In this document: piece by piece, positions 1-13,500 of the stretch | How positions within the stretch are numbered: position 1 is the first letter of the stretch | Layout: each line of letters begins with the position of its first letter | Assembly (NCBI GenBank): GCA_951406725.2 | Contig: OX597830.1 | Coordinates: forward strand, 68,882,001 to 68,946,000 | DNA length: 64,000 bases | Origin: Octopus vulgaris | Lineage: Eukaryota | Reading direction: 5' to 3' | Made by a program: the position numbers and the translations under genes | The notes under the pieces: model-generated | Seen by the model: the letters and a program-made list of their open reading frames with translations, nothing else | Databases searched by the model: none | Told to the model about the DNA's origin: nothing

Positions 1-1010
1 CATTATACGTGCTCATTCAATTCCCAAAAATCTAGCAATGGTTAGACTTTATTCTTTATCGGTTGGACCCTAACACACTAGTGGGAGGACTCCATTCTTC
101 ATTTCCTTTCTGCACTGTGGTAAAATGCCTTATTTTCTCTGTCTGTCCAGCCATGTAGCTTTGGCATCTTGTTAACAGGAACGACAAAGTGTTCACTGCC
201 AATATAGACAAAATTACCGATAGAATATCGCCCTGGAATGCGCCTGTTGATAGCTTAATCCTGTTTGTACCAATAGGTGTTGCATTAATAGTTGTCAGTG
301 ATAACTGTGTAGACCACGTTGTGGTCATCCATGAGTGAGCACAGATTCAAACACCTTCTTGCAGTCTAGCCATATTGTTAAGATGTTCCAACGATGCTGC
401 TTAACTTCTTTCAGGGCAACTTTGTTAAAGAGGACCTGTCCAGTACAGCTGCAAACTCCTTTCTTTCCCCCTGCCACTTCGTGAGTTATCACACCATTTG
501 TTTGATAATGGTCCTGGGGAAATTTATTCAGGCAACCTGCGTAAAGTTCAAGCCTATAGTTTTTGGTCACATTGGACTCTTCGTTCTTGCGGGCAGTCGT
601 ATTACGTGCGAACGTTAGCCAATCTGGTATATCTAGCTCTGCATTCGTTCTTTTTTGCAGCAAGGCCATGAGAATTTCTCTGAAGAATGTGAGATTTCTG
701 TACCTGTAGCATGTTACCAGGTCTCTCCCAGATGGTTTTCCTTTCGGCAGTTACATAATAACCATCAGGAGTGTTTCGCTGATGATGTTAGATGTTTGGG
801 AGAGGCATTTACACAATACTCCCTTCGTATGTCGTTTAGCTCTGCTGCATCATGGTTGTGTTCTTTCTTTATATACCGGATTTCCCGCCAGAATGACTCT
901 AGGTCTTCCGTGCGAAGAGAATTTGCTGCTTTGATAGTGCAACGGTATGCGAAATCGAAGTCAGTGGTCATCAATTGTCACAGTAATTGTGTAATGATAT
1001 ATGTTGATTG
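1..1010 (-). mobile_element. Degenerate R4/Dong-clade non-LTR retrotransposon RT fragment
   Basis: Minus-strand ORF pieces IWLDCKKVFESV and IKLSTGAFQGDILS resemble the R4-clade RT motifs WIDYKKAYDSV and GIFQGDSLS; frameshifted. Confidence 0.7.
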
Positions 1011-2304
1011 TTGGCAGTTAACGATTGTAACGGATATTGATGTTGTAGATGTGCAAAATAAAAGAAGATGCAAGAAGAACAGAGATTAAAGTTATGTTGG
1101 CTTCAAATTTTTTTATTTACCGTTACTTAATATAATGCCATGCCTCGACGGGCAGGTGTGTGTAATAATATAAGTGGAAAAGCATGCAAAGTTAAGAGAG
1201 TTAATTTCTTCTTGTATAGGTGTGTTTGTGATCTCGTCATTATGTAGTAGTAAAAGGATAGAGATAGGGTAATGTTGTAGAAAACAAAATTGAGTTAGTG
1301 GATGTCAGAGAGTAGTGGGAAGTTGTATGTCTCATATTGTTTTCTTTCTTCCCCTAGCAATTTGTCTCAAGTGGCTGTCTGCCGGTGGCCATTTCTAGTT
1401 GCCTCTGTTCACTAACTGATATTTCCTTAGCAAATTCTAGTATTTATAACTATACAAAACTAGTTAGAAAGATAGCTATGCTGCAAAGACAATGGATATA
1501 CTTTGAGGGCTTGACTGTTATCTCAATTCAACTCCCCATCGCATACAAAAGGTTAGAAGAGTCAAGTGGCAAAGACATAATTCAACTTAGCAAAAGCCAT
1601 GTGTTCATTTTATTGCTGTCAACTTAATGTCTCTTTATGACAAAAGTGCTGTTGAAATGTGAAAGGAAATTTGTCGATTCAGGTTCGAATCTACTCTATG
1701 CCTAAATGAAGTCCACTACAATAATATCACTGATCATACTGCGATATAGAGTTTGTGGGTTTCGGGAAAATTGTGTGCAATTTTTTACAATAGCAGCGTT
1801 GTTCATTTACTGCTCGTAAATCGTGTTTGAGGGTGACCAGTTGGCTTGTGAGTGTTTCTCGATGACAATTCTCATACCATTTGGAGAATCTATCATGCTG
1901 TTGTAGCTAGTGATTTGTGAAGTCATTTTTAGCTTTGGATTTCATCATAAAATCCAACTGTTCTATTTTTTCTATCTCCATTATGTTATTGGGGTGCGGT
2001 GAGTTAATCCATTTTGGATTATCATTATCCTTTGGATCAGTCTCTTTGGATCAGCCATATGTGGAAACAAAGTTACTGCGGCAATATATAGCAGGACGAC
2101 ATTTTTTTGTCCAAAAGCAAGGAGCTTGAATTTGAGTTACTTGTTCTCTTACAAATTCGTCACTCGTAGATTACATCATGTCAGTGGTGCTTTTCCAAAC
2201 TCTTGTCGGTATTGTTATCCCTTGCAGTACCTTATGTATATAAGACGTGAAGTTCTGCTTGAACTCGATGTAAGCTGTGATTTTAGTATTCGATGCCATA
2301 ATGT

Positions 2305-2400
2305 GTGTGTGTATGTATGTATGTTTGTATGTATGTATGTATGTATGTATGTATGTATGTATGCATGTATGTATGTATGTATGTATGTATGTATGAATTA
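2305..2400. repeat. (TATG)n microsatellite
   Basis: Direct tetranucleotide repeat; a homologous tract lies at ~38480-38520 in copy B. Confidence 0.9.
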
Positions 2401-2751
2401 TGTGTCTGTGTATGAATATGTGTGTGTATGTACTGATGTGCGTGCATACACATACGCATGCATGCACACCCCCTTGCATGCGTGCAACTTGGGCAATAGT
2501 TTATTTTACTCTTGTGATGTTATGAATTATATTAAACTGGAGTGAATTATACTAATTCTGAGCTGCATATGACATTGATATTCGAAATTTACTCTGTTGT
2601 GACGGAATGATTGAAATAAGTATTACAAAACAGGAGAGAGATAACATAATATTTTCTTGTAAAGAATTGTTTAAAGAAATCACTAATTCTAAATATTATA
2701 TTTATGGCTAAACTCTATGTATGATAGAAAAATTCAAAAGTGTTGCAATAT

Positions 2752-2923
2752 AGGCGTAGGAGTGGCTGTGTGGTAAGTAGCTTGCTTACCAACCACTTGG
2801 TTCCGGGTTCAGTCCCACTGCGTGGCACCTTGGGCAAGTGTCTTCTGCTATAGCCCCGGGCCAACCAATGCCATGTGAGTGGATTTGGTAGACGGAAACT
2901 GAAAGAAGCCTGTCGTATATATG

Positions 2924-2971
<48 letters not shown>

Positions 2972-3178
2972 TGTGCCTGTGTTTGTCCCCCTAGCATTGC
3001 TTGACAACCGATGCTGGTGTGTTTACGTCCCCGTCACTTAGCGGTTCGGCAAAAAGAGACCGATAGAATAAGTACTGGGCTTACAAACAATAAGTCCCGG
3101 GGTCGATTTGCTCGACTAAAGGCGGTGCTTCAGCATGGCCGCAGTCAAATGACTAAAACAAGTAAATGAGTAAGAGTA
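2752..3178 (+). mobile_element. tRNA-derived SINE with internal (TA)/(TG) tract and LINE-derived 3' tail
   Basis: Head with A-box (tggctgtgtggtaag) and B-box-like (ggttcagtccc) motifs, internal microsatellite, tail ggcggtgcttcagcatggccgcag. Absent at the homologous site in copy B. Confidence 0.8.
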
Positions 3179-3466
3179 TAGAAGATATTTAACATAAGAT
3201 ATTAAACATATTATAATAAGTAATTATTACAATAACATCTGTGGATAATATTCATTGAAATTGTTGCTTGAATTTTCTTGATTTCATCTGTGACAGGAGG
3301 AACCTCTAAGTTTTCAAATATTTATTGTTAATTCTCTATATTATGGATACAAGCAATAACTCTAAACAATAAATTTATTCACCAAATTATCAGTAACTGA
3401 ATTATTTTTTCCATTTTATTAAACATTAGGTTACATTAATACAATGTTTCTTTTTTCTACATATAG

Positions 3467-3644
3467 TTTGTTCGTGTGGATCACCAAACCCCTATGGAGA
3501 TTATGATGTGTTTGGTAAGATCTACATGGAATATTCGTTTACCAAGTTTGCTTATTTCTGTGATTGGGGGAAGAAAAGAGATTCAGTTGAACCCACATAC
3601 TGAAGCTGTTGGGCGTGGTTTATACAAAGCAGCAAGAACCATAG
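3467..3644 (+). CDS. TRPM: TRPM-like exon A1 (SLOG copy A)
   Basis: atatag|TTT...ATA G|gtataa; [59 protein letters not shown] matches the TRPM 'YVRV...W.L..P.LLISVTGG...GL.KAA' pattern; ends phase 1. Confidence 0.92.
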
Positions 3645-3670
3645 GTATAAAGTTTTATTTAATAATAATA

Positions 3671-3751
<81 letters not shown>

Positions 3752-4940
3752 TGCAGAATATGTGGGAAGAGAATGTGTCAAAGTGTGACTCACATTGTTA
3801 GTGCTTGTGAAAGTCTTGCACAGAAAGAGTACAAGCATAGATATGACAAAGTAGCCCATAGCCTCCACTGCTGGAGCACATGACCTAATGGTTAGAACAG
3901 CGGACTCGCGGTCGAGGGATCGAAGGTTCGAATCTCAGACCGGGCGATATGTGTGTTTATGAGCAAAACACCGAAGCTCCACGTGACACCGGCAGAAGGT
4001 AATGACGAACCTCTGCTGACTCTTTCGCCACAAATTTCTCTCGCTCTTTCCTCCTGCATCTTGCAGCTCATCTGCGATGGACCGGCATCCTGTCCAGGTG
4101 GGGAACCTATACAACAAGGAAACCGGGAAACCGGCCCTTATGAGCCAGTCATGGCTCGAAAAAGGAACAAAGAAAATAGCCTTCACTGGCTACTATGTCG
4201 TAAGTAAGGATATGAGGCTACGGGTGCTTGGCGCCAACATACACCAGAAAAGGTAATGGACGATAAGGGGAACTTTGATTTGCAGACAGACAAGGTGTTA
4301 CAGCACTGAAGGCCGGATATAGGAAGGACAAACAAGAGTGCTTAATAATCGACGTAGCAGTGCCAAGAGATCAACACATCATCATGAAAAAAAGAGAAAA
4401 AGTTGATAAATATGGAGACCTGAGAATTGATGTCGCTAAGATGTGGCAGCTACGAGAGTCAAACATAAAGGTTACTCCTGTTGTCAAAAAATATCTGAAA
4501 AACTTTTAAATACCCAACAATCTCGGTGTATTGCAAAAGTCGGCATTACTTGGAAATGGATGAATATTGCGTAAAGTACTGTCTGTCTGAGGTCCTTGTT
4601 GTGACTTGACAAACAGTGTCATTATTTTAATAGCCTACCAATGTATACAGTGCGTTTCTCTGCTCTGAGTATCAGGAAGAAACTCGGCAAGAAATTGAAA
4701 CAGAATCGAAAGAAGATTATAATAATAATAGCAATAATAAAAGTAATAACAATCCTTTCCACAATAGGCACAAGGCCTGAAATTTTGAGGGAAGGGACTA
4801 GCCTGTTACATCATGCCCAATGTTTCACTGGTATTTAATTAATCCACCCCGAAACAATGAAAGGCAAAGTCGACCCCAGCAAAATTTGAAATCAGAACAT
4901 AAATAGGAACCAAATGCCGCTATGCAGTCAGCTCGATGTC

Positions 4941-4986
<46 letters not shown>

Positions 4987-7900
4987 GAAGGAGGGTGGTG
5001 TCATCAAAACTGAAAATCGTGTAATGAAAGAAAAATTTAAAGAAGAAATGAATAAGAAAAAACATGGAATGAAAAACTGTACGGTCAGTTTCCAGAGATA
5101 TGAACGCCAAGACAGATACAGAGGACCGGTGGCTGTGGATGAGGAGGATTGACCTGAAAATAGAGACAGAAGCACTCATGTTTGCAGCTCAAGAACATGC
5201 GTTAAGGACCAAGTATGTGAAGTGCAGAATAGACAGCACCATCGACAGTGAGAAGCGTAGAATGTGTGGTGAGGGGGGTGAAACAGTATGGCACAACACG
5301 AATACAAAATCAATAACTTCTTCAATTACTTGTTTAATGTCATCAATTACTTCTTCAACAATAAATTTAGTGTTGCTCTTCTGAACAACAGTGACGTTGA
5401 TGAAGGGCGTACGTATCTGAGCGTGTGACTGTTGGTCAATTTGTCAGTTGTTTTGTTTTTTGTTTTCGTGTTTTTTTTTGCGGTTGTGAACGTGTTTTAA
5501 AAATTGGTTTCCTTGTGATGAAGGTGTTGATGTTGGCGTTGGCGTTGATTTGTTTTTTAATCAGTGTTGTGACGGATTTTGTTGTTTACAGTCATGCCTT
5601 AGAGCCTTCAATTTGGACTGTTCTCCGTTTGCTTCAGATTCAGTTTTTTTTTCTCTTATCTGCTACAAAGACTTTTTGGTGCGATGTCAATGAAGTCTTT
5701 GCTTTTAAGAGGACTTAGTAGGACGAAGGAGGCAGATGTGAGATAATAGCTTTATTCATACCTTGAAGAGTTGGTAATAACAGCGGAGATATTCGTGCTT
5801 ATTCCTCTACGGGGCAAAAGGCTTTGAGGTGGTTCGTATACACACACCTAGAACACTTCATTTCTTTCGCTTCTATATAAACGGGCATCTGTTCGCATTC
5901 CCCGGCACAGAAAAATCATGAGTAACATTTATTTCCTATGAAGAAACTAATATCTGGAACTGCATCAGATTTCCATATCTATTGAGTTGTAAGGTGGACT
6001 TCACCTTCACCATCTCCCCATGCTCCTCCTAAATCTCTCGCCGGATCACGGTGAATCGGTTCTTGACTCGAATACGAGTCAACCATTTATTCATGTAACG
6101 GGAATCATCACAAAAGCCTGGAACCTGCAGGCTATAGTAACCATTTTTCTGGCTTCTTGCTCAGTGCTACATATAGCAGTTAACGTCCCGTAGTGCATAC
6201 TGTTGCATATGTGTAGTATTGGGGAGGGGGCACAGTTCTTGCAGGCGTCTTTCGGTCTCTGCTGGAGTAGGAAATTTAAGTTTCCCCTCTTTGCGAGAAA
6301 CATATTGGCAGACAATTCTTTGTCGCTCGGTAGGTTTTCTTTTTCATCCTCACTGGTTGCGAAATGTCACTTTGGTATTGCTGTGCTTTATTTTTCAAAT
6401 CTTCAACCGAATGGACGGTCCACTAGATTACTGCTCCCAAAAAAGATAAAGCGTTGTTGTGCGTCCTTATGTTATTGTTGTTGCTGTTGTTTTTTTACAC
6501 AGTTGCCATTGGCAGATGTATTGGTCTTTTTGTTATTGCTGTTGTTTTCAATGTAGTTGTTTATGTTACTGTTGTTATTATCAATCTTGTTCATGCTGCT
6601 GATGTTGTTGTTGATATAGTTACTATTATTGTTGTTTCTGCCGCTTGTGCTGCTGCTGTTTCTTTGTTTGTTTGTTGAGCGAAGCGGTCTTCGTCCTGTA
6701 GTGGGAGAAGTCCGAAACATAGTCCTTTGCTATTCGTAAGACCCGCAGAAGAAAAGGCAGGTCAACTCCCGACACCGAGAGCATCGATGGATGGGTGAAT
6801 GCGCATCCAGGCTCAGCGGTTGCGTAGGAAGTCGGGGACAAGAAACAGGAAGAAAGAGTAAGAGAAAGTTGGAGCGAAAGAGTACAACAGGCGTTTCAGA
6901 GTTTTTATTTTCCAGATGATACCCATTAATCCTGTTGTAGCTCTTATCCTATTGTTTGTTCACTTATCCATGTTGTTAGCCTTCAGCATTCTCCTTTCCA
7001 AGGGTCTTTGTGTTGATATAAATTTATATAATGTTCTTGTGGTTAGCCCAGTAGCACACACTAGTTGAAGTTCTTTTTTTACACACATGGACACGTTACT
7101 ACTCACGATGTGATTCAATTTACCAAAGGACGCTCATCCCAATTGTTCAATATTTAAAAATGTTTATCAGTATTTGTCCAACATAAGTTTATTGATTCAC
7201 ATGTCTTACTATTTCATCATCTATTACTACACTTCAGCTGTGATTAGATGGAATTCTGAGTGATTTAGCATACAACCATTTATGTTCAATTTCTGACCAA
7301 TATAAGTTTTGAAAAACCTTTTCTAATACAGATGTGAATAATTTGAGTGATATAGTGTCTCTTTGTTTGAATCCTTTGCCAGTTTTCATTTCAATCACTT
7401 TGTTGTTTATATTGGGTTGGCAAGTAAGTTCCCGCCATTTTTTTAAATTAAAATTTTTTAAAAGGTTTAATAAAAAATTACAACTAATTAATCAATAATG
7501 TATTCACCCTTGTTATTTGCAACTTCTTTCCAACTTTCAACATGATTTTCAATACCTCCTTGGTAGAAATTACCCGATTTCGATTCGAAACATTGATCCA
7601 ACCAAGCTCTCATTTCTGCATCACTATTGAACGAAACTCCAAAAGACGTGGAAATCTGTTGGTACCAAATCAGGAGAGTACGGCGGGTGTGGCAGTACTT
7701 CCCAGCCATGCGTTTGAATGACTTCCTTGGTCATATTGGCGATATGAGGGCGGGTGTTGTCGTGCAGCAGAAGAACTCCATGCTGCCGATTCGGTCTTTT
7801 CTCATGAATAGCCGTGTTGAGTCGTTCCATCTGTGGAACGATGTATGAGGCAAAAGTTGTTATAGATAGATCCCTCAAGAACTACACAGGTTTGAGTATT

Positions 7901-10471
7901 CCTGATACACTATCTGTATCTTGCATCAATCTCTCTGTGAATATCTAAATTTATTGACTACACCCTCCTTGTCTGAGTCCTTCCTCCTCAGGGCCCCCTC
8001 TTCTCACTAACACAGGCGGGTGTACTGACAAAGCTTAAATGAACAAACCTATGTTGAAAATCATTCCAGCAATGACCATCCCAACTTATAAAGGGTTTTT
8101 CAGACTATTTCCTTCAATGTGTTCTCTCCTTTTCAAAGACAGTAGGGAGAGAGGGAGGAGATATAATTGCTATTTTCTGAAGGTCCAGTGACCATGTAAA
8201 GGTTACTTGAGGAATTGTGAAATGGAAAGAGTGACAGTCATGTACTATTTCAGAGCATTACTAGACTTGAGCCAATAAGTGAAACCAAGTCACACTTCCA
8301 TCTAAGACTTTACTCTTGCTCTCTAACAAAACACATTTCAAGTTAGCAATATGGAATAAAAAATGCAGGGTGCTGATGATTATAGCTGAAAAGGGCTGAA
8401 TGAAGTATATTGTTGTATTTAGGTTTTGGTTCTTTCCGTTATGAGTTCAAATTCTACTTGGGTTGTATTTTTGATTTATATGTCTTGTCAAGGATTCATT
8501 GAAAAATTAATAATTGAGTTTCATTTAGTTCATCATATCTTTGTTTCTATAATGAGAAATGTATCAATATTTGAATCACCTCCAGTTAGTGACTGGTGCC
8601 TATTTCATCAAGTTTACATGGACAAAGGAAATTCAACCATTTTGTGTGAAGTCAGAATGTGAAGCAATATAACTAAATACCAGAAGGTATTTTGTGCAAA
8701 AATCTACAGTAGTTTTAGAATAAGAAATCAATATTTGAATATAATTCTTGATCTCTTGTTTTGCAGATGCTTGGATCATAACTGAAGGCTTACATACTGG
8801 AGTTGCGAAATATATTGGGAAAGTTATGCATAATAAGGAAAATAAAGTGGATGCCATGAATGAAGTGACAACTCTTGGTATTGCACCATGGAACTGTGTA
8901 CTGAAGAAAAAATCCCTAGTGAATAAGGAGGTAAATTTCTGTTTCAGATATTTTCCTTTTTTTAACCTCTTATATATCCTTTCTCCATATTAACATTAAG
9001 TATCGATTTATATCATTTTACTGTTGGTGTTTGAAAGTTCAATATTAATTATAAAATGGTAACATTTAATTATTAAATTACATCAAGACATAAAGAAAAA
9101 TCCATATGATTTCCATTTATGATACATTGCTAATTTTGTGATAAGAGAAGTAATATTTTCAAGGGTTCTTGACTTTCGTGTGTGTATTATTTTTTTCTAT
9201 TTTATTTGAAACGAAAAAGTAAATGGCCGGGTGAATGAGATATTTGACTACCTGATCATAGAGAATGAGTTCTGTTTCATTGTTTCTGGGGAAAATACTA
9301 TGTTCTACATTGCCTCAGTTTTTTTTTTGTTTTTTTTTGCTTATCAAGATAAAAAATATCAATTTGACAATATTCCATCACTTCTCAAAGATTATCAATC
9401 ATCTTGGTTTCTTGCTTGACATTTTGATCTAGTTTCTGGTTTTGGTTAGAGTTTGTGTGCAATGGATATAACTCAACAAGTCATTCTATATTAAACTTAT
9501 TGTTTCTTCCTTTATGCAGTGTAACTATTTGACAGAGATTAAGATTTAATGTGGTTATATAGCAGAGATCTCTTGCCAGGAGCCTGGTTCTGGGAGTCTT
9601 TCGTGCTTTGCTGACTCTGATATCCAGTTGAATTATTTACGTGAATCGAAGTAGTGGTTAAAGACAACACATGGGTTATGGGTTTTTACTCTGTTTCCAC
9701 CACCAGTTGTTTCAAAAATTCTGCAAATATCCTGAATACTTCACTTGTTTCCCTTTCCCCAAGCTAAAAATATAATAACGAAAATACAAAACGTGACTAT
9801 CACAACATAGAGAAAAAGATACCCTGAGGTTGTGTGAGATTTGGATTAAATCACCTTATAGCAAATGAGTAGTGTAAGATCCGCAGAAAGTCAATATAAT
9901 TGAGCAGCCATATCCATGGATCTTCCCTGGTTATTTTAAAACTAAAGATTGTGAAAATACATAATTTCTTTGCATTATGTTTTTCTGAAGCAATTATTTC
10001 TCGGATTTGTGTAAAGTTCTCTTAGAGAAAACAATATTCTTTCTTATAGAATTGTTATCTCTTCATCTTTAGGAGTTACTTTCTTTTATTTTTGTCCTTA
10101 CGTCAGAAAGTAAAAACTTCGTAGAAAAAGCTATACGCACTTGTTCATGAGGAATCACTGGTTTAACGTTCTTCCCTTTTGTCTAGTGACAATATCATAA
10201 AACTATTTTAAAGTTATTGAAAGGTTTAAAGATTTAAATAATCTTAACAGTGTAATGAAATCAAAGACATTCTATAGTATCATTATGCTATGATACGACT
10301 ACACTGAGACCAGTGTTACAAATCTTAATACATTTTCTATTTTAGAGAATAGTGCATACGACTAGAATTGAGATCGCTAACCTAGTGAACAAAGTACTGC
10401 ATCTGTCACGCTGCAGTATGGATTCTAAATTTGTGTATGTATGTATGTATGTATGTATGTATGTATGTATG

Positions 10472-10531
<60 letters not shown>

Positions 10532-13500
10532 GGGGCCTCTAAATTGCGCACAAATGAAAACAACTCTCGCATCTCGTTTTAACAGATATTTTAACAAACT
10601 TTCATTAAAATATCTTGAAATGCTAAAGAGTAAATTTATTATATAGATGAACCACTCACTGCAATTCTTCAGGCCAGTCGTTTTGTTTACGCTGGTGAAT
10701 ACTGCCATACTCCTTGCTTTCAGTTCATTTTTGGTGTCACAAGAAGTTTCATTGGTCTCTTACTCAACTGCGCCCCGCACATAATAATGAAGCGGGTTGC
10801 TGTCTGGGAAGTTAGGTAACCAGATGTTAAGTGTGATGTGGTTGCGGAAATTGTCTGATATCCATGACTGGGTTCTACAGCTTGTGTAGTATGCTGCAGA
10901 GTCCTGTTGCCAGACATGAGGTCTTCCAGCAGCCACCCGCTTGACCTAGGGCAGCACTACGTCCTCCAAGCACTTTATGTAGGGCTCTGTACTGAGTCTG
11001 GAGCCATGTGGGAAGATGAATGGAGGCATAATGTCGCCATCACTAGTGATTACACCAAACACTATGATGTTGAGGGGATGTTTGATTTTCATCTCACTCG
11101 GTACATATCAAATTGCACTGTCCTCAGATTGACACCCAAACAATCTGAAATATTCGTATTGGAGCTTCCAGCGCGAATGCCAAGCAATACAGTTTGTCAT
11201 TTCCAAATGTTTGGCATAGTGAATTGCGTCATGGTGCTGCTTTAATCACAGACTGTGCCCAACTGACCCTACTATAGTGTGTAGTCGACAAAATCAAAAA
11301 CGAACAATGCACATAAGCGAAAGCAAAAAATTAAAAAATAAAATGGTGACAATTTCTGATATTCAACACGGAATTCTCTGTATTTGAGTGCGGAACTCTC
11401 TGTTATTCAGATTATTATTATCATTGCTTTACTTCTCAGAACGTTCAGTCTCGTTTTTTCTGGTAGATTCTATGAGAGAAGACAGCAGCCTGCAGTCAGA
11501 GATCTCACAAAATCTCTTTCTGCACATTATATGATACTTGGTTGTTAATTATTGTAGGAAACTTTCAATATACAAGTACCAATCTCAAAATCCTACCTGT
11601 CCCCAGTAGATCAGTTTTTTGGCCTTGCTCTGCTTTCATGTCAATTCCGATTTCTTTGACATATTTCTCGAACTTGGTTGTTAGTGCTCGGAGTGCCCTT
11701 AAAACTACTGGAATGACAGACACTCTCCTCGTAGTCTATATTCTCGCAATTTCGTCTTTTAGAAGTCTGTACTTTTCAATCTTTTCTAGTTCTTTGTCAC
11801 TTATGCGTGCATCTCCGGATATTGCAATATCTATAATCTTGGTTTCCTTTTTCCCTTTATCTACCACAACAATATCTGGTCTCCGAGCCTTGATCAAGGA
11901 ATCACATTGGATCGTAAAATCTCACAGTATCTTATGTTCCTTGTTCTCAGTGACTACTTCTGGTTCGTGTTCGTATCATTTCTGTATTCAGTTCAGGTCG
12001 CACTTTTCACACAGCGTCCAGGAGACAAACTTATCCGCATTATCGTGCCTCCTTTTGTAGTGCCTTTGAGACAGCTTGCTACACTCACTCACAATATGTG
12101 AGATTGTTTCGTTTTCGCTTGCACACATCCTAAAAAGAGGCGGTTCGGAATTTGGTGTAATTAGTTCTCAGAGCTTGTTCCTAGGTGCTACATATAAATG
12201 CCTCACTGCATCCTTTCAGATCACTTTTTCTTAACCATCTGTAAGTATTGATCTTGTCTTTTCCTTCGATTTCTCTGAGGTATTGCCCATGCAACGGTTT
12301 CATTTTCCAGTTGTGTACTCTTTTTTCATTTTGTTTCTTAAATGCTTGTGGGTGCCCTCCTGTTACAGGAGAACTTATAGGCATAATCGAGGAACCGCAC
12401 TGTCCGAAATTTCCCCGAACACCAAGAGCAAGTGCCCACTCCGACTTACAGGTCTACACTGAGAGAGGTACCATCCACTCTTGCCATTTTTGCAACTTTC
12501 ACCCACCTTTCAATACACTCAGTCAAGGACAGAACTTCCCTCTCCACTCGCAATTTCATTTTTCAAGTGAAAATCCACTTCCTTTCATAGAGATTTTTAT
12601 TTTCCTGTAGCCAGGGGAGACGTTTACGCTGGTCTATATTTATCGACTGTGTGATGTTTAGTTCTTCAACTTTTGTTATTTCTTCAATTGGTTCGTCTCC
12701 CTCCTCGGTTTTAGCTGGTGTGTGTTATTTTGTTTGTTGTTTTATGCTTCAGTATTCGCCTGTCTATGTGTGTTGTTTATGTGTATGGAGTGTCATTATG
12801 CATCTGTATACCAATTCATTAGTGTTCTTTTTTTATGTCTGTAAACATTAAAATCTCCCTAACACATTCAGTATAACACAATCCATATTCTGATACTTTC
12901 TCTCCCTATTTCCAAAGCTATCTCTCTCTTTCTCTTTTTCCCACTTTTCCCTGCTCTTTGTTACTCCCCCCATCTCTCTTAGCTGTATATTTTTCTGTAT
13001 CAGAACAAACAAAACACATATTTTTATGTGACAATGGTTTTTATAATATGTATAACAATTAAAATATTGATTTGATTTCTAGGGATCGTGGCCTGCAGAC
13101 TATTCCATACAAACTAATTCTAAAAAAGAAAAGTATGCATTGGATCCTAATCATTCACATTGTATCCTTGTTGATGATGGTACCAAAGGCAATTTTGGAG
13201 AAATAATTGAATTCAGAAAAAAGTTAGAACATACTATTTCACAAGAGAAAATCCCAGGTAAGTTGTTATTACTGAGAAATCTAAACATATCATACAGAAC
13301 AGAGATGAAATATTATTGAGAATTCCTTGTTAAATTGACACATACATCATATCAAATGTCTCCCTTTAATATGGAACCGATCTTTTATAGGTTTTAGTTA
13401 AATTATTTTTAATATTTAAGACCTAAGCAATTCTATTTTTCTATGGTATCCAATCAACATTTACTGAATGATTCTTTTATTCCAATGTTGACCGGTTCAG

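Noticed and set aside
1690-2290. Possible Tc1/mariner-type remnant on the minus strand
   Set aside because: Only a faint HTH-like resemblance (YRQEFGKAP); too degraded to call.
3645-3883. ORF 3476-3883 as a TRPM-polyIle-zinc-finger fusion
   Set aside because: It runs through the splice donor at 3645 into (AAT)n and a LINE fragment.
3872-3945. tRNA gene
   Set aside because: It has A and B boxes but continues into a SINE body and is bounded by a TSD; the same head-plus-body logic applies to 2752.
6690-6730. Hammerhead ribozyme (ctgtagt...gaaac...gtc)
   Set aside because: The core CTGTAGT does not match CUGANGA and no stem I is evident.
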